From Antedon mediterranea (Eukaryota; Animalia; Echinodermata): 64,000 bases of DNA. Below, one piece after another: positions 1 to 15,200 of this stretch. The stretch spans positions 17,630,101-17,694,100 of the forward strand of contig NC_092677.1 of assembly GCF_964355755.1 (NCBI RefSeq). The letters run 5' to 3'. The position numbers were made by a program, and so were the translations under genes. The notes beneath the pieces are model-generated. The model was not told where the DNA came from and made no database searches. It was given only the letters and a program-made list of their open reading frames with translations. Every line of letters begins with the position of its first letter. Positions within the stretch are counted from its first letter, which is position 1.

Positions 1-144
1 TAGTGCTGTTCATTATTGAAAATAATGAATGACATGTGATGAGATTAACCAATCAAATGGCAAGAATACAACCAGGTATGTTATATTACATTGATAACAT
101 TTATTTTGCATTTGAATATGTTTAAAAACATTTTGCTTTTATAG

Positions 145-215
145 ATGCAGACAAGGGAATTAGAACATGATGAAGAAATATTACAATTAAAGCGAATGAT
201 GAATCAAGGTCAAAG
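145..215 (+). CDS. RPGRIP1L: RPGRIP1L exon ([24 protein letters not shown])
   Basis: atag|ATG...CAAAG|gttag; phase 2 joins the next exon. Confidence 0.8.
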
Positions 216-3200
216 GTTAGTTGTTTGTTAAGCCATAGTTTTAGGAAATGTATTCTTGGTTGGTACTAGGATTTTGTTCCAGCAATTCAACATCACTATT
301 ATGAGTCTGGTTTATAAAGCACTGGCTTCCCATCCTGTAGTTTGTGAGTCATGTGCTCAATTGTTGTTGGATGGTGTAAATATAAAATGATACATTTTAT
401 GCACTTTCAACATCCTTTAATAATATCCTGGATTTATATAACGCCTAATGTTGTGAAACCTCTAAGGGCTGAACATTATTACCCCGGTCAACACGTATGG
501 AAACATACTCCCATAATGCAGCTAGTAATCAGCGCAAAGTAGTGTCTTAATCTAATCGGGTACCCATTTATACACCTGTGTGGAGAGAGGCAAACGTAAG
601 TATCTTGCCTAAGGATACAAGCAATGCGGCAGAGTTGGATCTGAACCGCGATCTCATGATCAGTAGTCCAACGTCCAACACACTGCGCCACACACCCTTA
701 CATGCGACACACACCCTTACACTGTGATTTTTTTTAAACTGAACTAATTTATTTGTTTTCCTTCAATTTATGTAGTAGTCGAAACAAATTTCGGCTCTGT
801 ACTGCTTAGATCAATGTTGTTTACTATCTGTATTTTTTGTGTTAGACTTATACAGTACAATATTCTTTATGCATTTTCTTAACATGGCAACTCTTAATTC
901 TTTAACTTTTCAACAGAAAAACAGCCAGGTAGGTAGCCCACATCACAAGCACATATTGCATGCGTGTCCTAACATTCCTAATTATTTTTTATTTTTGTTA
1001 GTGATGTTGTTTTTTGGATAGATATTAACACAAAAATTACCTGACAGTATTTTCTTGCTTTACTCCTTTTGCTAAAAAATGAAACAAATACTTTATTGAA
1101 ATGGAGTATATGGATTGTTTCCTGGTATGTAGCGCCCACAGATACCCTGCTCCTCCCTTGCTCACAAACAGGAAAGCACTCGAGAACTGTGCTGGGCTGA
1201 GATGCCAATAGTTATTTTTTTAAGGCCTTCCAACCATCCTAATTTTAATACAGCACTTACACAAGAAACCTTTCCCCCTCATAACCACTCTAAGACTTTG
1301 CCATCCCTGAGCACTATATACAGTAAATGATCTCCTTAAAATGTTGACTACCATTGCTAAATTTGATGAATGTTTGGGGCGATTTTTTACAGGAGATTTT
1401 TAATGACAGTTTTAACCTAATCATATGTTTTGCATTTATCTGTTTGTGTTGTATAGTGTTTTTTGTTGTTGTATTGTCAGTCTGTATTGTTTGTGTAATA
1501 TACATACAAATAAATTAATATAATAATTCATTATGTTTGCTGATATATTAAACATCTGTATGAGACCATATTAGCCTTTACAAACAAATGTTAAAGGTTA
1601 CAAAAAATCCTAAATTACATTGTATACTTTTTTCTTTTACTAATTAAATTGAATTTTCCTATAAATGATAGAATATTATCATTAGTAAACACTATTTATA
1701 TTATTTATTAAACAGTATTGCAATAAACTTAAAATATTTTATAATTTTATATTAATATAAACCTCAACTTGTTAAAAAATTATTAAAAAATTATGTATTA
1801 TCAGTTCTTTAAATTGAGAACAGAAAGCTATACCATATATACATAAATAAAATAATAAAAAGTAAATTGACAATTATTTTTTTGAACCTTTTTAATATTA
1901 TACATAAATAATTATTAATTAATTATTATTATTATATTAATAAAGAAAATACTACATTTACTGTAGAATGATAAATATCTAATTTCATATTTCAATACTA
2001 AATAATATTATTCTTTATTTTTTTTCAGGTCAAATATTCAAGAGAATGTAGAATTGATTCGTCTGCAGCGTGAGCTGAAAGATAAATCTAGCAAATTAAC
2101 AGCACTACAAACACAGTTTGCCAGTCTACAAGAGGTAAATGTTTGCTGTTCTTTTCTCATTTAATGAAATGGCCTTCCATCTCATTACCAATCTTTACCA
2201 CCAACTTCAATTGCTTACCATGCAGTGGTGAGGGAGGGTATACCCCTTAATTATGCCCAGTTTACATTTCACCTGACGACTATCAATAGTAAATCCGCTG
2301 TCCAAAGTTTCTTTTTTTCAATTTAAATAATGTTCAACCAGCAGCTACAAATAAAAGATCATTCTAAAGATGCGTAATTTTATTAACCAAGGAGTGATCA
2401 ATGGTATAGTCTATGATGAGGGTGTACATAATGAGTCTTTTCAGTACCTAAATATACCTTATAATGGGCTGGGTATATGATACGTGTAGTTGGGGGGGGG
2501 GGGGGGAGAGAATCCAGCCAGAGCACCCCAATTTTTAAACCCTATTTCAAAATCCTGAATCTGCCACTGTTATTTGTTAGTAGAAGAAACCAATTATGTA
2601 GTTTGCATCTCTAATTGCAGAACTTGAAAACTGTTAAAAAGAGTCATGATGCTATGGTGTTAGAAATTGAAGATCAGAATAAACTGGTACAAATTGAACA
2701 AAATAAGGTACTTACGTTACAAAACCAACTGAAACAAGGAAGTGGAACACAGAGAATCATAGCAGAGGTATGTACATTAGGAAAATAGTACAATCATACA
2801 GAGATTAGAGAGTGGCTGAGCTATTTTTTTCTTCTTTTGAAAGGTGAAAACATAAAGAATTTGTGTGTGTTTGAGTTGGAGCTAGAAAATCTAGGAAATC
2901 TATGGAACAATATCGTATAGAATATGCTAATGCTATTGTTGTACTTTCAATCTCAATTTTTATTTATTGTTTGTTATCATTCTTTTTTTTGCTACAGCTT
3001 CATGAAAGAATTTCAGATATAGAAAGTGAGAAAGAAATCTTAAGAGAAGCAAATGAAAAACTGTTAAACAGGTTTGTGAAAAAAAAAAATGAAAAAATTA
3101 TATTCTTTACAGTGTAAAGTTACAATTTATAAATATAGATTAAAGCTTGTGTTGAATGCAAGACTGAGTGTCTCCATATATTTGCTAGTTGATGTGAAAG

Positions 3201-6200
3201 GGGTATTCCATCCCTTTCTGTCCATATGTTTATGGAATGGATGTGTTTTTGCATTATATGGCAACATCTCAAAGCATAGGAGACTAGATTTTACACAATA
3301 CAACAACTTCCATCTACACAGCATTCATTCCATGAAACTATCTACATAAGGTTTTATCCAGTATGTACCACCCTATATTTGAGTAAATTGCAATGATCTA
3401 GCAATCTATTGTAGGGTGTGTTAACACGCTCAACCACTGTATGAGGTCAAAGTTAATAATTAAAAGCCTATTAAAATTAATCATACTGTATTACAATAAA
3501 TTATAGATATTTTTGTCATAGTTTACTTCTTAATGTTAAATTTATGGTGTTATTTGAATGTCACTTTTTGATTGGTTTTCGTAAGTCTACATTATCAAAC
3601 TAGTTTGACAAAAAAAGTAAATATGGTAGTGATATGAAATCATCACATTTTTGATAGTGTAGATAGAACTTTTTGACGATCACAATGATTGAAACTGTTC
3701 TGTTAAAAAGTTGGTTTGTTCAACATAATATTTCACTCTTTCCTAAAATTATGTATATATTTCTGCAGTGCTTTTGATGCTGAGAGAGAGCGTCAATATC
3801 GTGCCAACGAGAAGCAGCTTAAAGTACAAATAGCTCAACTTGAGGCTACCCTTAAGGGTGACTTGAATGATAAGAATACAATCCTAGATAAACTTACAGA
3901 AGAAAGAGGTGAGTAACTTAAATTGTAAATATTAGTATGTGTATTGAATGTTTTGAACAGTACAGTAAATCCCATTTTTATTGTTTATCATATCAATATT
4001 CCAGTTCCCTCACATGGGAGCTGATATCTAATTTTTTTAAATTACAATATAGGAAAATACAATATTTACAATTTAAAAAATTCATCCAAAAAAGATACAA
4101 TACATATGAAGATAGTAAATTCTTTGGGACACCCCTACTAAGGGGACATTTTCCTGTAAAAGAACAAAAGGCAATATATATTACAGCCAACCACTATTCA
4201 GGCGACTTTTGTGTCCCAAAGGTGTCCCTTATAGGGTTTTATTGTAGTAGTTTTTTATGGCTCCTCCATACAAGCTTGCAAGCGTATTCGTTTGTTTATA
4301 CTTTATAATATATTCTGTCTGTATTTAGAATCGCATGAGAAACTTCAAACCGATTTCCGTGAGCTGCAAATTACACATTTCCAAGTAAAACAGCAGTTGG
4401 ATGAACTGCAGGACAAGATGCGTTTCTTTAACAATGAAAGCGTAGTAGACTTCGCAGAGATTGAAGAAGCTCTTGTACTCGTCAAGGTGAAAATACATAT
4501 TCTCAAAACTGTTAAATATTCAAAATTTTGACAAATTTTGTTATTGGTGGCTTCAGAAGATAGAAATAGTCTGACCAGCATTTGTTTAACAAGGAACTTA
4601 TTTTCGCTAGTAAACATAAACCAGAGGAATAATGTAAAACTGAGAATGTCTTAAATTTTCAGTTGTCGTGCTACTTTCGCCTTGCGGTGTGGCGTTAGGG
4701 CCAATTTACACAGACGAGCGGTAACGGCTCTTCCCACGTAGAATCTTTATCGCCCGTCCGGATTGTGTGTCTATTGTCTATATTTTATTACTGTCCAGGA
4801 TGAATGGTCTTCATTAATTGATTTTGTTGTTATTTATTAGAGGAGGAAAGAACAAGGCAGCCAGGATCTCGACTTCCTTGAGAGAGTTGATGAGGAAGTG
4901 AACAGAGGTAGGTATACTTGTTTGTTGTTGATTAATCAATCAACCAATCTCACAACTAGGACCTATAAAATACAAAAAGGAGAAATTTTATTTGTTTGTT
5001 TGCTTAAAAAAAACATGATTATAATGAAGAATCCGATTCACTGTATATCTCATTATGGCATTATATGTCTAGGTTCTTAGGCAAGCTCTTTAATACAGTC
5101 TCACATATGTATCACATGTGGTGTCTGTATAATGTTTTGGCTCATGGTCTATGACATAGATATCACATGTGATGCATAATATATCTATGATACTTGACAA
5201 ATTATAGATGCATTACTGCAAATCAACAAAATGAAGGAGGTCAAAGTAAGCTAAGGCATCCACTAAGGACCTTTTCAGACCTACAGAGTTATGCTTTCAT
5301 ATCGTACAAGTCATTTGGTTTGAACCAGGAAAAGATTAGTTGAAGCCACTTCTTGCAACACCAATCATACGTTCGTTGCGACAGCTCAAGGTACAAGATT
5401 AGAGAACGATATGAAAGTCATGCATGAATGATTTTGCACTTCAACCAATTAAATTTACTTTTGCACTGAGATGTTCGCCAAAATCTGTGACACTTCAGTT
5501 TTAGTGTAGCGTCTGAACACTTTTACACTACAAATTACACATACATTACATAACTCCATGGATCTGAACATACCCTTACTGTATACTAAATTTAAAATGG
5601 CAACTTTGATAAGTATTTTATTACTCAATTTCTTTAAAGATTTAAAGCTACAGGTGGTGACTCTGCAGGCAGAGCACGCTGACACAGTCAATGAGCTAGA
5701 GAAGACTAGAAACATGCTGATACTGCAACACAAAATAAATAGAGACTATCAGGCAGAAGTGGAGAATTCTACTCATAGATTGGAAGAGTACAAAACTGAG
5801 TATGACACTAAACTTGAGGAATACTCGCAGTTACTGGATATTAGGGCTGCTAGGATAAAGGTAAGTCACTACTCATTGGCTGAGTGGACTTAATGTGTAA
5901 AACGATCAGTTTAGAATAAAAGTAAGAACGATTGATTTTATATTTTGTACATCAGTTGAGTGTAGACATACACTGATAATGACACTAAACTTGAGGAACA
6001 CTCACAGCTAGGATAACAATTGGTGACTACTCATTGACTGGAGATTTAGAATGAAAAAATAATAGGTTGAGTGCATTACTCATATTGGAAGAGTAAATAG
6101 TGTGTGACACAAACTGGTGGAATATTACTGGATGTTAGAACTGCTGGATAATCTCATTGAGTTGAGATTACAAACTCAGTAGATGTGAGGAGTTCTTTCA

Positions 6201-9200
6201 GATTAGAATTAAAGATAGGTTGAGCACAGTACTTTACTTTATTGCACATAGATAACATGACTGCAGACATAAAATAAATCATTTTATTTATATTAATCTA
6301 GAAATTGGAACGTCAACTAAAAGACATAGCATATGGGACTAAACAATATAAAATAGCAGATACTGAAATGGAGGTTAGTATGTATTTGTAAAATTGTGTG
6401 AACCTCAAGTGCAATGCTGAAGATATTGAACATGATGTCATGAACCTCAAGTGCAATGCTGAAGATATTGAACATGATGTCATGAACCTCAAGTGCACTG
6501 CTGAAGATATTGAGCATGGTGTCATGAACCTCAAGTGCACTGCTGAAGATATTGAGCATGGTGTCATGAACCTCAAGTGCACTGCTGAAGATATTGAACA
6601 TGATGTCATGAACCTCAAGTGTACTGCTGAAGATATTGAACATGATGTCATGAACCTCAAGTGCACTGCTGAAGATATTGAACATGATGTCATGAACCTC
6701 AAGTGCACTGCTGAAGATATTGAACATGATGTCATGAACCTCAAGTGCAATGCTGAAGATATTGAACATGATGTCATGAACCTCAAGTGCAATGCAGAAG
6801 ATATTGAGCATGATGTCATGAACCTCAAGTGCACTGCTGAAGATATTGAGCATGATGTCATGAACCTCAAGTGCAATGCTGAAGATATTGAGCATGATGT
6901 CATGAACCTCAAGTGCACTGCTGAAGATATTGAACATGATGTCATGAACCTCAAGTGCACTGCTGAAGATATTGAACATGATGTCATGAACCTCAAGTGC
7001 AATTCTGAAGATATTGAGCATGATGTCATGAACCTCAAGTGCAATGCTGAAGATATTGAGCATGATGTCATGAACCTCAAGTGCACTGCTGAAGATGTTG
7101 AACATGATGTCATGAACCTCAAGTGCAATGCTGAAGATATTTAGCATGATGTCATGAACCTCAAGTGCACTACTGAAGATATTGAGCATGATGTCATGAA
7201 CCTCAAGTGCACTGCTGAAGATATTGAGCATGATGTCATGAACCTCAAGTGCAATGCTGAAGATATTGAGCATGATGTCATGAACCTCAAGTGCAATGCA
7301 GAAGATATTGAGCATGATGTCATGAACCTCAAGTGCAATGCTGAAGATATTGAACATGATGTCATGAACCTCAAGTGCACTGCTGAAGATATTGAGCATG
7401 GTGTCATGAACCTCAAGTGCACTGCTGAAGATATTGAGCATGGTGTCATGAACCTCAAGTGCACTGCGGAAGATATTGAACATGATGTCATGAACCTCAA
7501 GTGCACTGCTGAAGATATTGAACATAATGTCATGAACCTCAAGTGCACTGCTGAAGATATTGAACATGATGTCATGAACCTCAAGTGCACTGCTGAAGAT
7601 ATTGAACATGATGTCATGAACCTCAAGTGCAATGCTGAAGATATTGAACATGATGTCATGAACCTCAAGTGCAATGCAGAAGATATTGAGCATGATGTCA
7701 TGAACCTCAAGTGCACTGCTGAAGATATTGAGCATGATGTCATGAACCTCAAGTGCAATGCTGAAGATATTGAGCATGATGTTATGAACCTCAAGTGCAC
7801 TGCTGAAGATATTGAACATGATGTCATGAACCTCAAGTGCACTGCTGAAGATATTGAACATGATGTCATGAACCTCAAGTGCAATTCTGAAGATATTGAG
7901 CATGATGTCATGAACCTCAAGTGCAATGCTGAAGATATTGAGCATGATGTCATGAACCTCAAGTGCACTGCTGAAGATGTTGAACATGATGTCATGAACC
8001 TCAAGTGCAATGCTGAAGATATTTAGCATGATGTCATGAACCTCAAGTGCACTACTGAAGATATTGAGCATGATGTCATGAACCTCAAGTGCACTGCTGA
8101 AGATATTGAGCATGATGTCATGAACCTCAAGTGCAATGCTGAAGATATTGAGCATGATGTCATGAACCTCAAGTGCACTGCTGAAGATATTGAGCATGAT
8201 GTCATGAACCTCAAGTGAACTGCTGAAGATATTGAGCATGATGTCATGAACCTCAAGTGCACTACTGAAGATATTGAGCATGATGTCATGAACCTCAAGT
8301 GCACTGTCGAAGGTACTGAGCATGATGTCATGAACCTCAAGTGCAATGCTGAAGATATTTAGCATGATGTCATGCTGTGTTTGTCCAATGATTATTTGTT
8401 TATTTGAACGTAGTGTTGAAACATGTATTGGGCCTTGTTTGTTTTATGAGTGCTCCTGTTGTTGTTTAATTTATTCAAAAGAGAGGTGGTGGATGGTTGA
8501 CCCTCTGGAGTTTCGGCATTTTTCTTTGACTGTGTAGAAATTTGCTATTTTAATTATGTAAAAATATAAAATAATACAAATTTATACATATATAGATGTA
8601 ATTATCACAGTCAACTTTCCTAAAAAGGACATTATAGGTCACATTTTATTATTATATTATTGCAGATGGAGGATGAAATGGAAGAAGTAGATGAATCAGT
8701 TAAACTAGAAAGAGGGCAAAACTTGATGGAAATTCATATACAAAAGGTAATATTAACGTTTCTTTCATAATTTTTGAAAAATGACAGATTCTTAATTTAT
8801 TCATTTTTAATTTTATTCAAATTTCCATCTTTTGTAGATTGAATTCAGTCAAGAAGGTTTAAGAGTGCTTGATGATTCGGACCCAGCAACATTTGTAACT
8901 TATGAATTCTTTGAATATGAACTCCAGTCAACACCTGTAGTGAAGGGTTCAAGGTGATGCAATGAAATTTATTTTCTGTATCTAGGCCAAGACTCCTGGC
9001 ATAGTGCTCATACCTAAAAATGGTGGGGGATAATAAAGACCAAGACCTAGGCTAGCGCAGAACAGAAAATTAAGAATATATTTGTCATTTCAATCGTATA
9101 TTAGTTCCATTTCATCCCCTTTGTGACATGGGCCACTCTGGTTGTTTTAATAACAAGGTGATTCAACTGGTTGGTAGGAACAGTAACATCAAAGTAACAT

Positions 9201-12200
9201 CATACTTTTCCAAAAGATTCACTATGTTTTTATAATGCAGACAAGCCAGATGTGTACTACTGGACATCTAAGTCCTTATTGTTGTTTTTCTTATCACAAG
9301 AATGATGGTGGCTGTGGTTTACAGTATTAACTGCTCAGCTAATCGATTCGACTTCTAACATTTTAGTTTGTTTTTTGTTTTAGGAGGCAGATATAATTAT
9401 AATTTAAGTTTCTGTTTTATTTCAGACCTGTGTTTGATTTCACTTCACAATATGTGGTAACTGTGGATGACTTCCTCTTGCACCACATTATGAAGGAATC
9501 AACAACTATGGAAGTTCACCAGGCCATTGGCACAGAGTTCCGTACCATTGCTGCATGCCAGCTGCATTTCAGAGAACTCCTTGATGGCAATCAAAACCGG
9601 ATACATGGTGTTGGGCATCTTATTGGTGCAGAGTCTGGACGAGCTTCTGTGCAGTTTGGGACAGTCGAATATTGGGTTAGGCTACGTGTTCCAATGGACC
9701 AAGCATTGAGACTGTTTAGAGTACGTTCACTTTTCTAGTTAACTTTTTTCGTTACACGATTTTTTAAAAATATATTATTTATTGTCCTCAGTTTAACTGG
9801 AAACTGAGAAAATTAGAAATACTCTACAAACCTACAACATACACAGTATAGCACACCAGTAGAGAAATCTCAAACCTAAGGCTCTCACATGCTAGTATGA
9901 TATCTGGTGTCATCATTCTTTTGAGCTAAAATAAGGGGCTTACAACAAAGTATTAGTTCAACAAATATACATAAAGTATATATATTTTTTTAACACTATA
10001 GGAAAGAGTCAAGGCACTTGGCTATATGACATCCAATCAGAGATCAACACAACAAGCTATTCAGTCCCTAGATGAGGGCTCTGTAACCAGCAGACCTGGG
10101 GATCAGAACATTAATGAGCTGTGCATAAGAATCATTCGCTGCAATGGAGTAAAAGCAAGAAGATCAGGTAGAAAATATTAAAGTTTTATGATTTTATTAT
10201 ACGGACTGTTTTTTCTTTGAGAACACTCTTAAAAAACAACGGATGTGTTAATTTTAGCAATTTACTAATTGGACTGTAAAAAAATCCATGTTATAATAAA
10301 ATGGTATTTTCTGGTTTTTTTTCCAATTATTTCCACAGGTGTCCAACCAAGCCCATACACTGTGTATCGGTTCTTTGACTTTGGAGATCACGATTCAACC
10401 ATTATTCAATCCAGTAATACGCCAGAGTTCAATGACACCAAGGTATACCCAGTGCCAATGAATGCAGACTTAGATAGGTATTTAAAGACAGAGGTATGAT
10501 ATCAATTATCTTTTATTTCTTAACTTAAAAAATGAGGCATAATCCACAATCAACTTTACCCCATTGTGTTTATGTACTTTAAAAAAATGTATTACAATAT
10601 ATAAATCGTCAATTTATTTTATAAAATAATTTACCTATTTACAAAATCCTCCTTCCCCTCCATTTATTGACATTGTGATATCAGGAACTCCACCCATAAT
10701 ATAGTCCACGGAAATAGACTATGTTTTTTATATGAAATAGGTTCTTTGGGCCATACAGAACACAACTATAAATGTTGGGACGTTTTTGGATGCCTAACCC
10801 TAAAAATGGCGACCATTTTTAATAACATACTCTATTTCTTGGACACCACTAGTCACAGATACTTAATTATAGGCCAACATCTGAACTGAGTTGCATAGAC
10901 ACCATATTGACACACCATGTATGGCACTGTGATCCTTTATTTACATTTTGTTAATTCAGAGTCTACAAGTGTACATGTTTGATGACACCGATCCTGAGGA
11001 GACAGCTTACCTAGGCCTGGCTAAAATTCCTCTTATTAGTCTAGCACATAATAAAGCAATCAAAGGAACATTTGAGCTGAAACAGGTACTTAACATAACA
11101 TAATCAGTCTGGGCTGGCTAAAACTGTATTTTATTGTGCTCAGTGTGGTGATAAAAAAATTAAAAAATAAGCTCTATTTGGCTAATGTATTTGACTCACA
11201 TTTGTTTCTGTAAAAATGTCATCTTTCTATCTTTGATACTAAATCAATTATTGTGAGCCTGCACAAGAAAGAAAGTACTGTTTTTTTTAGATATTTAATG
11301 GTAATATATGTATGACAGTACAAACATTACCAGTTAATAAAATATTAGTTAAAACAAAAACTTTTGTGGAAAACCATCTTGGTTAGTCTTACCTGTCTCA
11401 GATATTCAGTGACTCATAGATTTTAAAATACAATATACAATTTTAGTTGAACTATACGATATTGTTCCACAAAATAATAAAAATTAAAATTAAATAAAAC
11501 TAAATATTTGCGCATAAAACAAGTATATATTGTTTTATAATATAATCATTTTTTTATAATTTTAAGAAATCAAATAAAACTAATGGAACAATAGATGTAC
11601 TTGTACAGTGGCAATACTCTTACATAGCGCCACTTGCTACCACAGAGAAGAAAGACAAAACTACAGTAAGTATCATAGTATTGACTTTCAATTTTTTCAA
11701 TACTTATTCTTTGGCTATCAGATCTGCAAAGAACACTAAATAATAAATTAATATCTTTTTTTGAAGAAGTAAAAGAATTAACAGCAAAAAATTACTTAAA
11801 ATGAATGAAAAGTTACTCATTATAAATATAATACTATTATTGAACACAGCAATACAACAATTTACATCTGGCATCAATCGATATTAAAGATGATTTTTCT
11901 TTCCATAATGATTTACAAAATGTACAAAAGTAACAACAATATTATTAATATTAAACAATTTCTTTATAGCTTCAGCCACGGCCACCACAACCAGCAGTAG
12001 TTCATACAGCTCGCAAACCACCAATCCCAAAGCCTGTCCCATCACCTCAGGCCATGTCTAACACAGTGTTAGCCTCTGGTCCAGACACCATTGATGTAAC
12101 TCCCATCAAGGCTGCTCCTTTAAGACCTGGTCCTGCTGCTTCCTCAACTCCAGTGCAGTCTAAGAAGAGGATAGTCCAAGAATCAGAGGTTTATGAACCT

Positions 12201-15200
12201 GTAGCTATGCATACTGTAAGTATTTCAATTAAATTCAAATTAAAGTAACTTGTGTAAACATACATAAAACCCAATTTACACTTACAATTGGATCCAAATT
12301 TAATTGTTTGGATCCGAACCAGTGTGTTTACACTTGCGTTCCATTTTCTCAAGCCATTGGGTTTACTGCATAAGCTGGCCCAAACATAAAGGCTGCTCTT
12401 AGACACCCCTCGAGAAGTAGTCTAGGGCCGGATTAACTTTATGGAGTGTTTACACTGGGTCGACCCAAATTTAAAGTGTAAATGGGGTCTTAGTCATGCT
12501 CGATCACAATAAGGGTCTTTGCATGAGCACTGTCTTGAATCAACTTTCACTTAAATTCCATCAACACTGTAAATCAATTCATCATACTATTTACGTTACT
12601 TTAGTTGCATTGTAATTGCAAAAGTATTATAATTGAAATTTTAATTTGACATTATGTTGACATAGCACAACAATGATACATTCATTTTGATGAGAGATCA
12701 TGGAACACAATTAAATAAAAACTAAAAACCTGATACCTGTAACCCTAGGTAGGGACCCTGACGTTAGTTCAATAGTAAAGAAAAATGTGAAGTATACATA
12801 GCCAATTAAATTGAAACCTCTTGAAAAATGGGAAGTATACATAGCCAGTAATTGAAGCCTCTTGAAAAATGTGAAGTATACATAGCCAGTAATTGAAGCC
12901 TCTTTTAGTGTAATAAACACTCAAATGAAAGATCGTCATAATAATAAATAAGAGTGATAAGACTGAGGTATATAGAAAAGTTCTTAAAAATAAAATGCAT
13001 GTCTGTATTTAAATTTGTAAACTCATTTGCATGCCTAGAACCCAGGTGCACAACTCCCACCACCCACACTAACAATCAACTCACCCGAAGATTCTGAGCA
13101 AGAATTGGAGCCACATAGTGATGTCACTCCTCCTCAATACCTGGCCCAGGTTTGTACTGCATTACATTTACTTTTAGTTCATATTTGTTCATTAACAACT
13201 CATAAATTACACTCATCTGCATTTAAAAGAAATAACAATCTTTCTACTGAATTGGTTTGTAAATTTGGAAGGTGCTCAATCAATTATCTTGCTATGCGAT
13301 TGCTACACATGATTCCGATATTTTATGTTTTTATTATTTTTTCCTTGGTTTGAAATTAAAATTGGGCACAAAATGTAAAATGGCAGCCTGAAGTATGAGG
13401 TTATAGAGGGAGAATTGGATTTAGAGAAAAAGTCGAATACAGAATATTTCATACTTCATAATGAATAATGCTGTTATTTTGTAATATCACACGTAATACA
13501 ATTATTTATCTATTTTATTTTATAATTGTACACATATTGCATGCTTGATCATTTTGATATCAAGAAATTTAGTTCATTCATTCATTTCATTTTTGTACTC
13601 TTACAATAGTTTCCACCTGAGCCTGAAACTGCAGGCACTTTACAGCCAGGTGAGAATTTTGATGACAGCAGTGGAGAAAGCAGTGCTGTGCCAGCCTCAT
13701 CAGTAGAAGAAGAGCTAACGAGGATGACTAATGATGGCAATGAGGATGAAAGACTTAGCAAGAAGGAAGAGTCATCAGAACAGGATGTGTCTGAGGATCT
13801 TGAAGATGTAGTTGCCAAGGAGATGCGTGTACAGGTTGGTATAGTAGAGTGCACTGACACAAATGCTATTCATTCTAATAATGAATGCACTGCTTGCACA
13901 GCATTTATTGTCAAATATTTAAAATTTGAAGTTTGTACACAGACAAGGCTCTTAAAAATTATTAAAAAAACATAAAAAACACGGTAATAATAAGTGAGAA
14001 TTACGTGAAACAAAAAGTATGGCACTTTTTAATGTAAATGTAATTATAATTGGGGAAAATATTCTTTTTTTATTGATCCAATAAATAAAAGTATGAAATA
14101 AAAAGTACAGAACTTACTATGAAGTTTTGCTTTTTTATATAGACTGTTGTTACAATCTGAGTACTTTACTTTTATTTTGTACTTATCTATTGGATAAAAA
14201 AAAAGAATATTCACTCCCATTATAAATTGGAAACCAAATGAAATTATTTTGAATAATTATAATCATCCTCAAGCTTGGATTAGAGTTGTGGCTTGGTGGT
14301 TATGATGTTTGGCTACCACTCCAAGTCCCGTCACATGTCAGGATTGTTTCCAAAAACTCCACTCCCAAAGACTTGTAATAAGACTTTGTATATGTAGAGC
14401 ATCTTAGGGTCCCTAATGATCAGCAATTGCTGGATGGATCACCCTCATTAAATATGGTAAACAAAAAAAACCCCCAAAAACATAATACTGATGAAATTTG
14501 GATTAGTCCCTCTACGGACCCATGGTAGCCAGCAGTACAATGCCTACCCAGATTAACAACAAGGGCTGATGGACCAATAGATTATGTGAAATGAAATGTA
14601 TGGCACTTAGAATATGATACTTTTTAATATAGATGTTCTTATAATCTTCCTCAAGTTAAACTGAAAACTGATTAGGTCCTCTACGAACCCATGGTAGCAA
14701 GCAGTGCAACGCCTACCCAGATTAACAACAGGGGCAGATTTACCAATAACACCGGGGAAATCATTTTTTCGACAAAAAAAAAACACTACACCTTTATCTT
14801 TCAGTTTGAAGATAACTTAAGCGATACTAACTTTGGCGACAAGCCTGAAGAGAGTAACTTTGATGATGATGATGACGATGACACCGATAATGAAGTTGTT
14901 ACACCAGCTCCTTACAGGGATGAGAAGGAAGAGGAAATAGAAGATTATGTAAATGAGGAGACAACTAAAGATGAGGTGATGTCCAGTGACACTGACAGTG
15001 TAGTCATGTCTCCTGCTATGAATAGACCTGCATCAGTACAAGCGGTAAGATTCATTTTTGCCTTTTTGAAAAATCCCAGTGAAAAATCACCTATGTATGA
15101 AGTAAAAAAACAAAATTTAACTGCACTATATGATTTTTTTATTTTTTTTTTACTTATACTTTTTTGTTGAAATGAAAAATATCAACATTGTTCCATTTTT

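Noticed and set aside
57-75. Possible upstream RPGRIP1L exon ending at CAG|GTATGT
   Set aside because: In-frame stop shortly upstream in the required phase and no convincing acceptor
2492-2506. G15 run as a functional G-quadruplex
   Set aside because: Homopolymer within a probable decayed MITE; no other evidence
6313-8365. Long ORFs (up to 682 aa) on both strands
   Set aside because: Translations of a 42-bp intronic minisatellite; the flanking RPGRIP1L exons splice across it in phase
6399-8372. CRISPR-like appearance of regular repeats (also 23270-26270)
   Set aside because: No unique spacers, no cas genes, eukaryotic context
6399-8372. CTGAAGA in every 42-bp unit as a hammerhead core
   Set aside because: No downstream GAAA or stems II/III
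14283-14330. tRNA-like A-box starts (also ~27738)
   Set aside because: Too degraded, no B box or cloverleaf; probably old SINE heads
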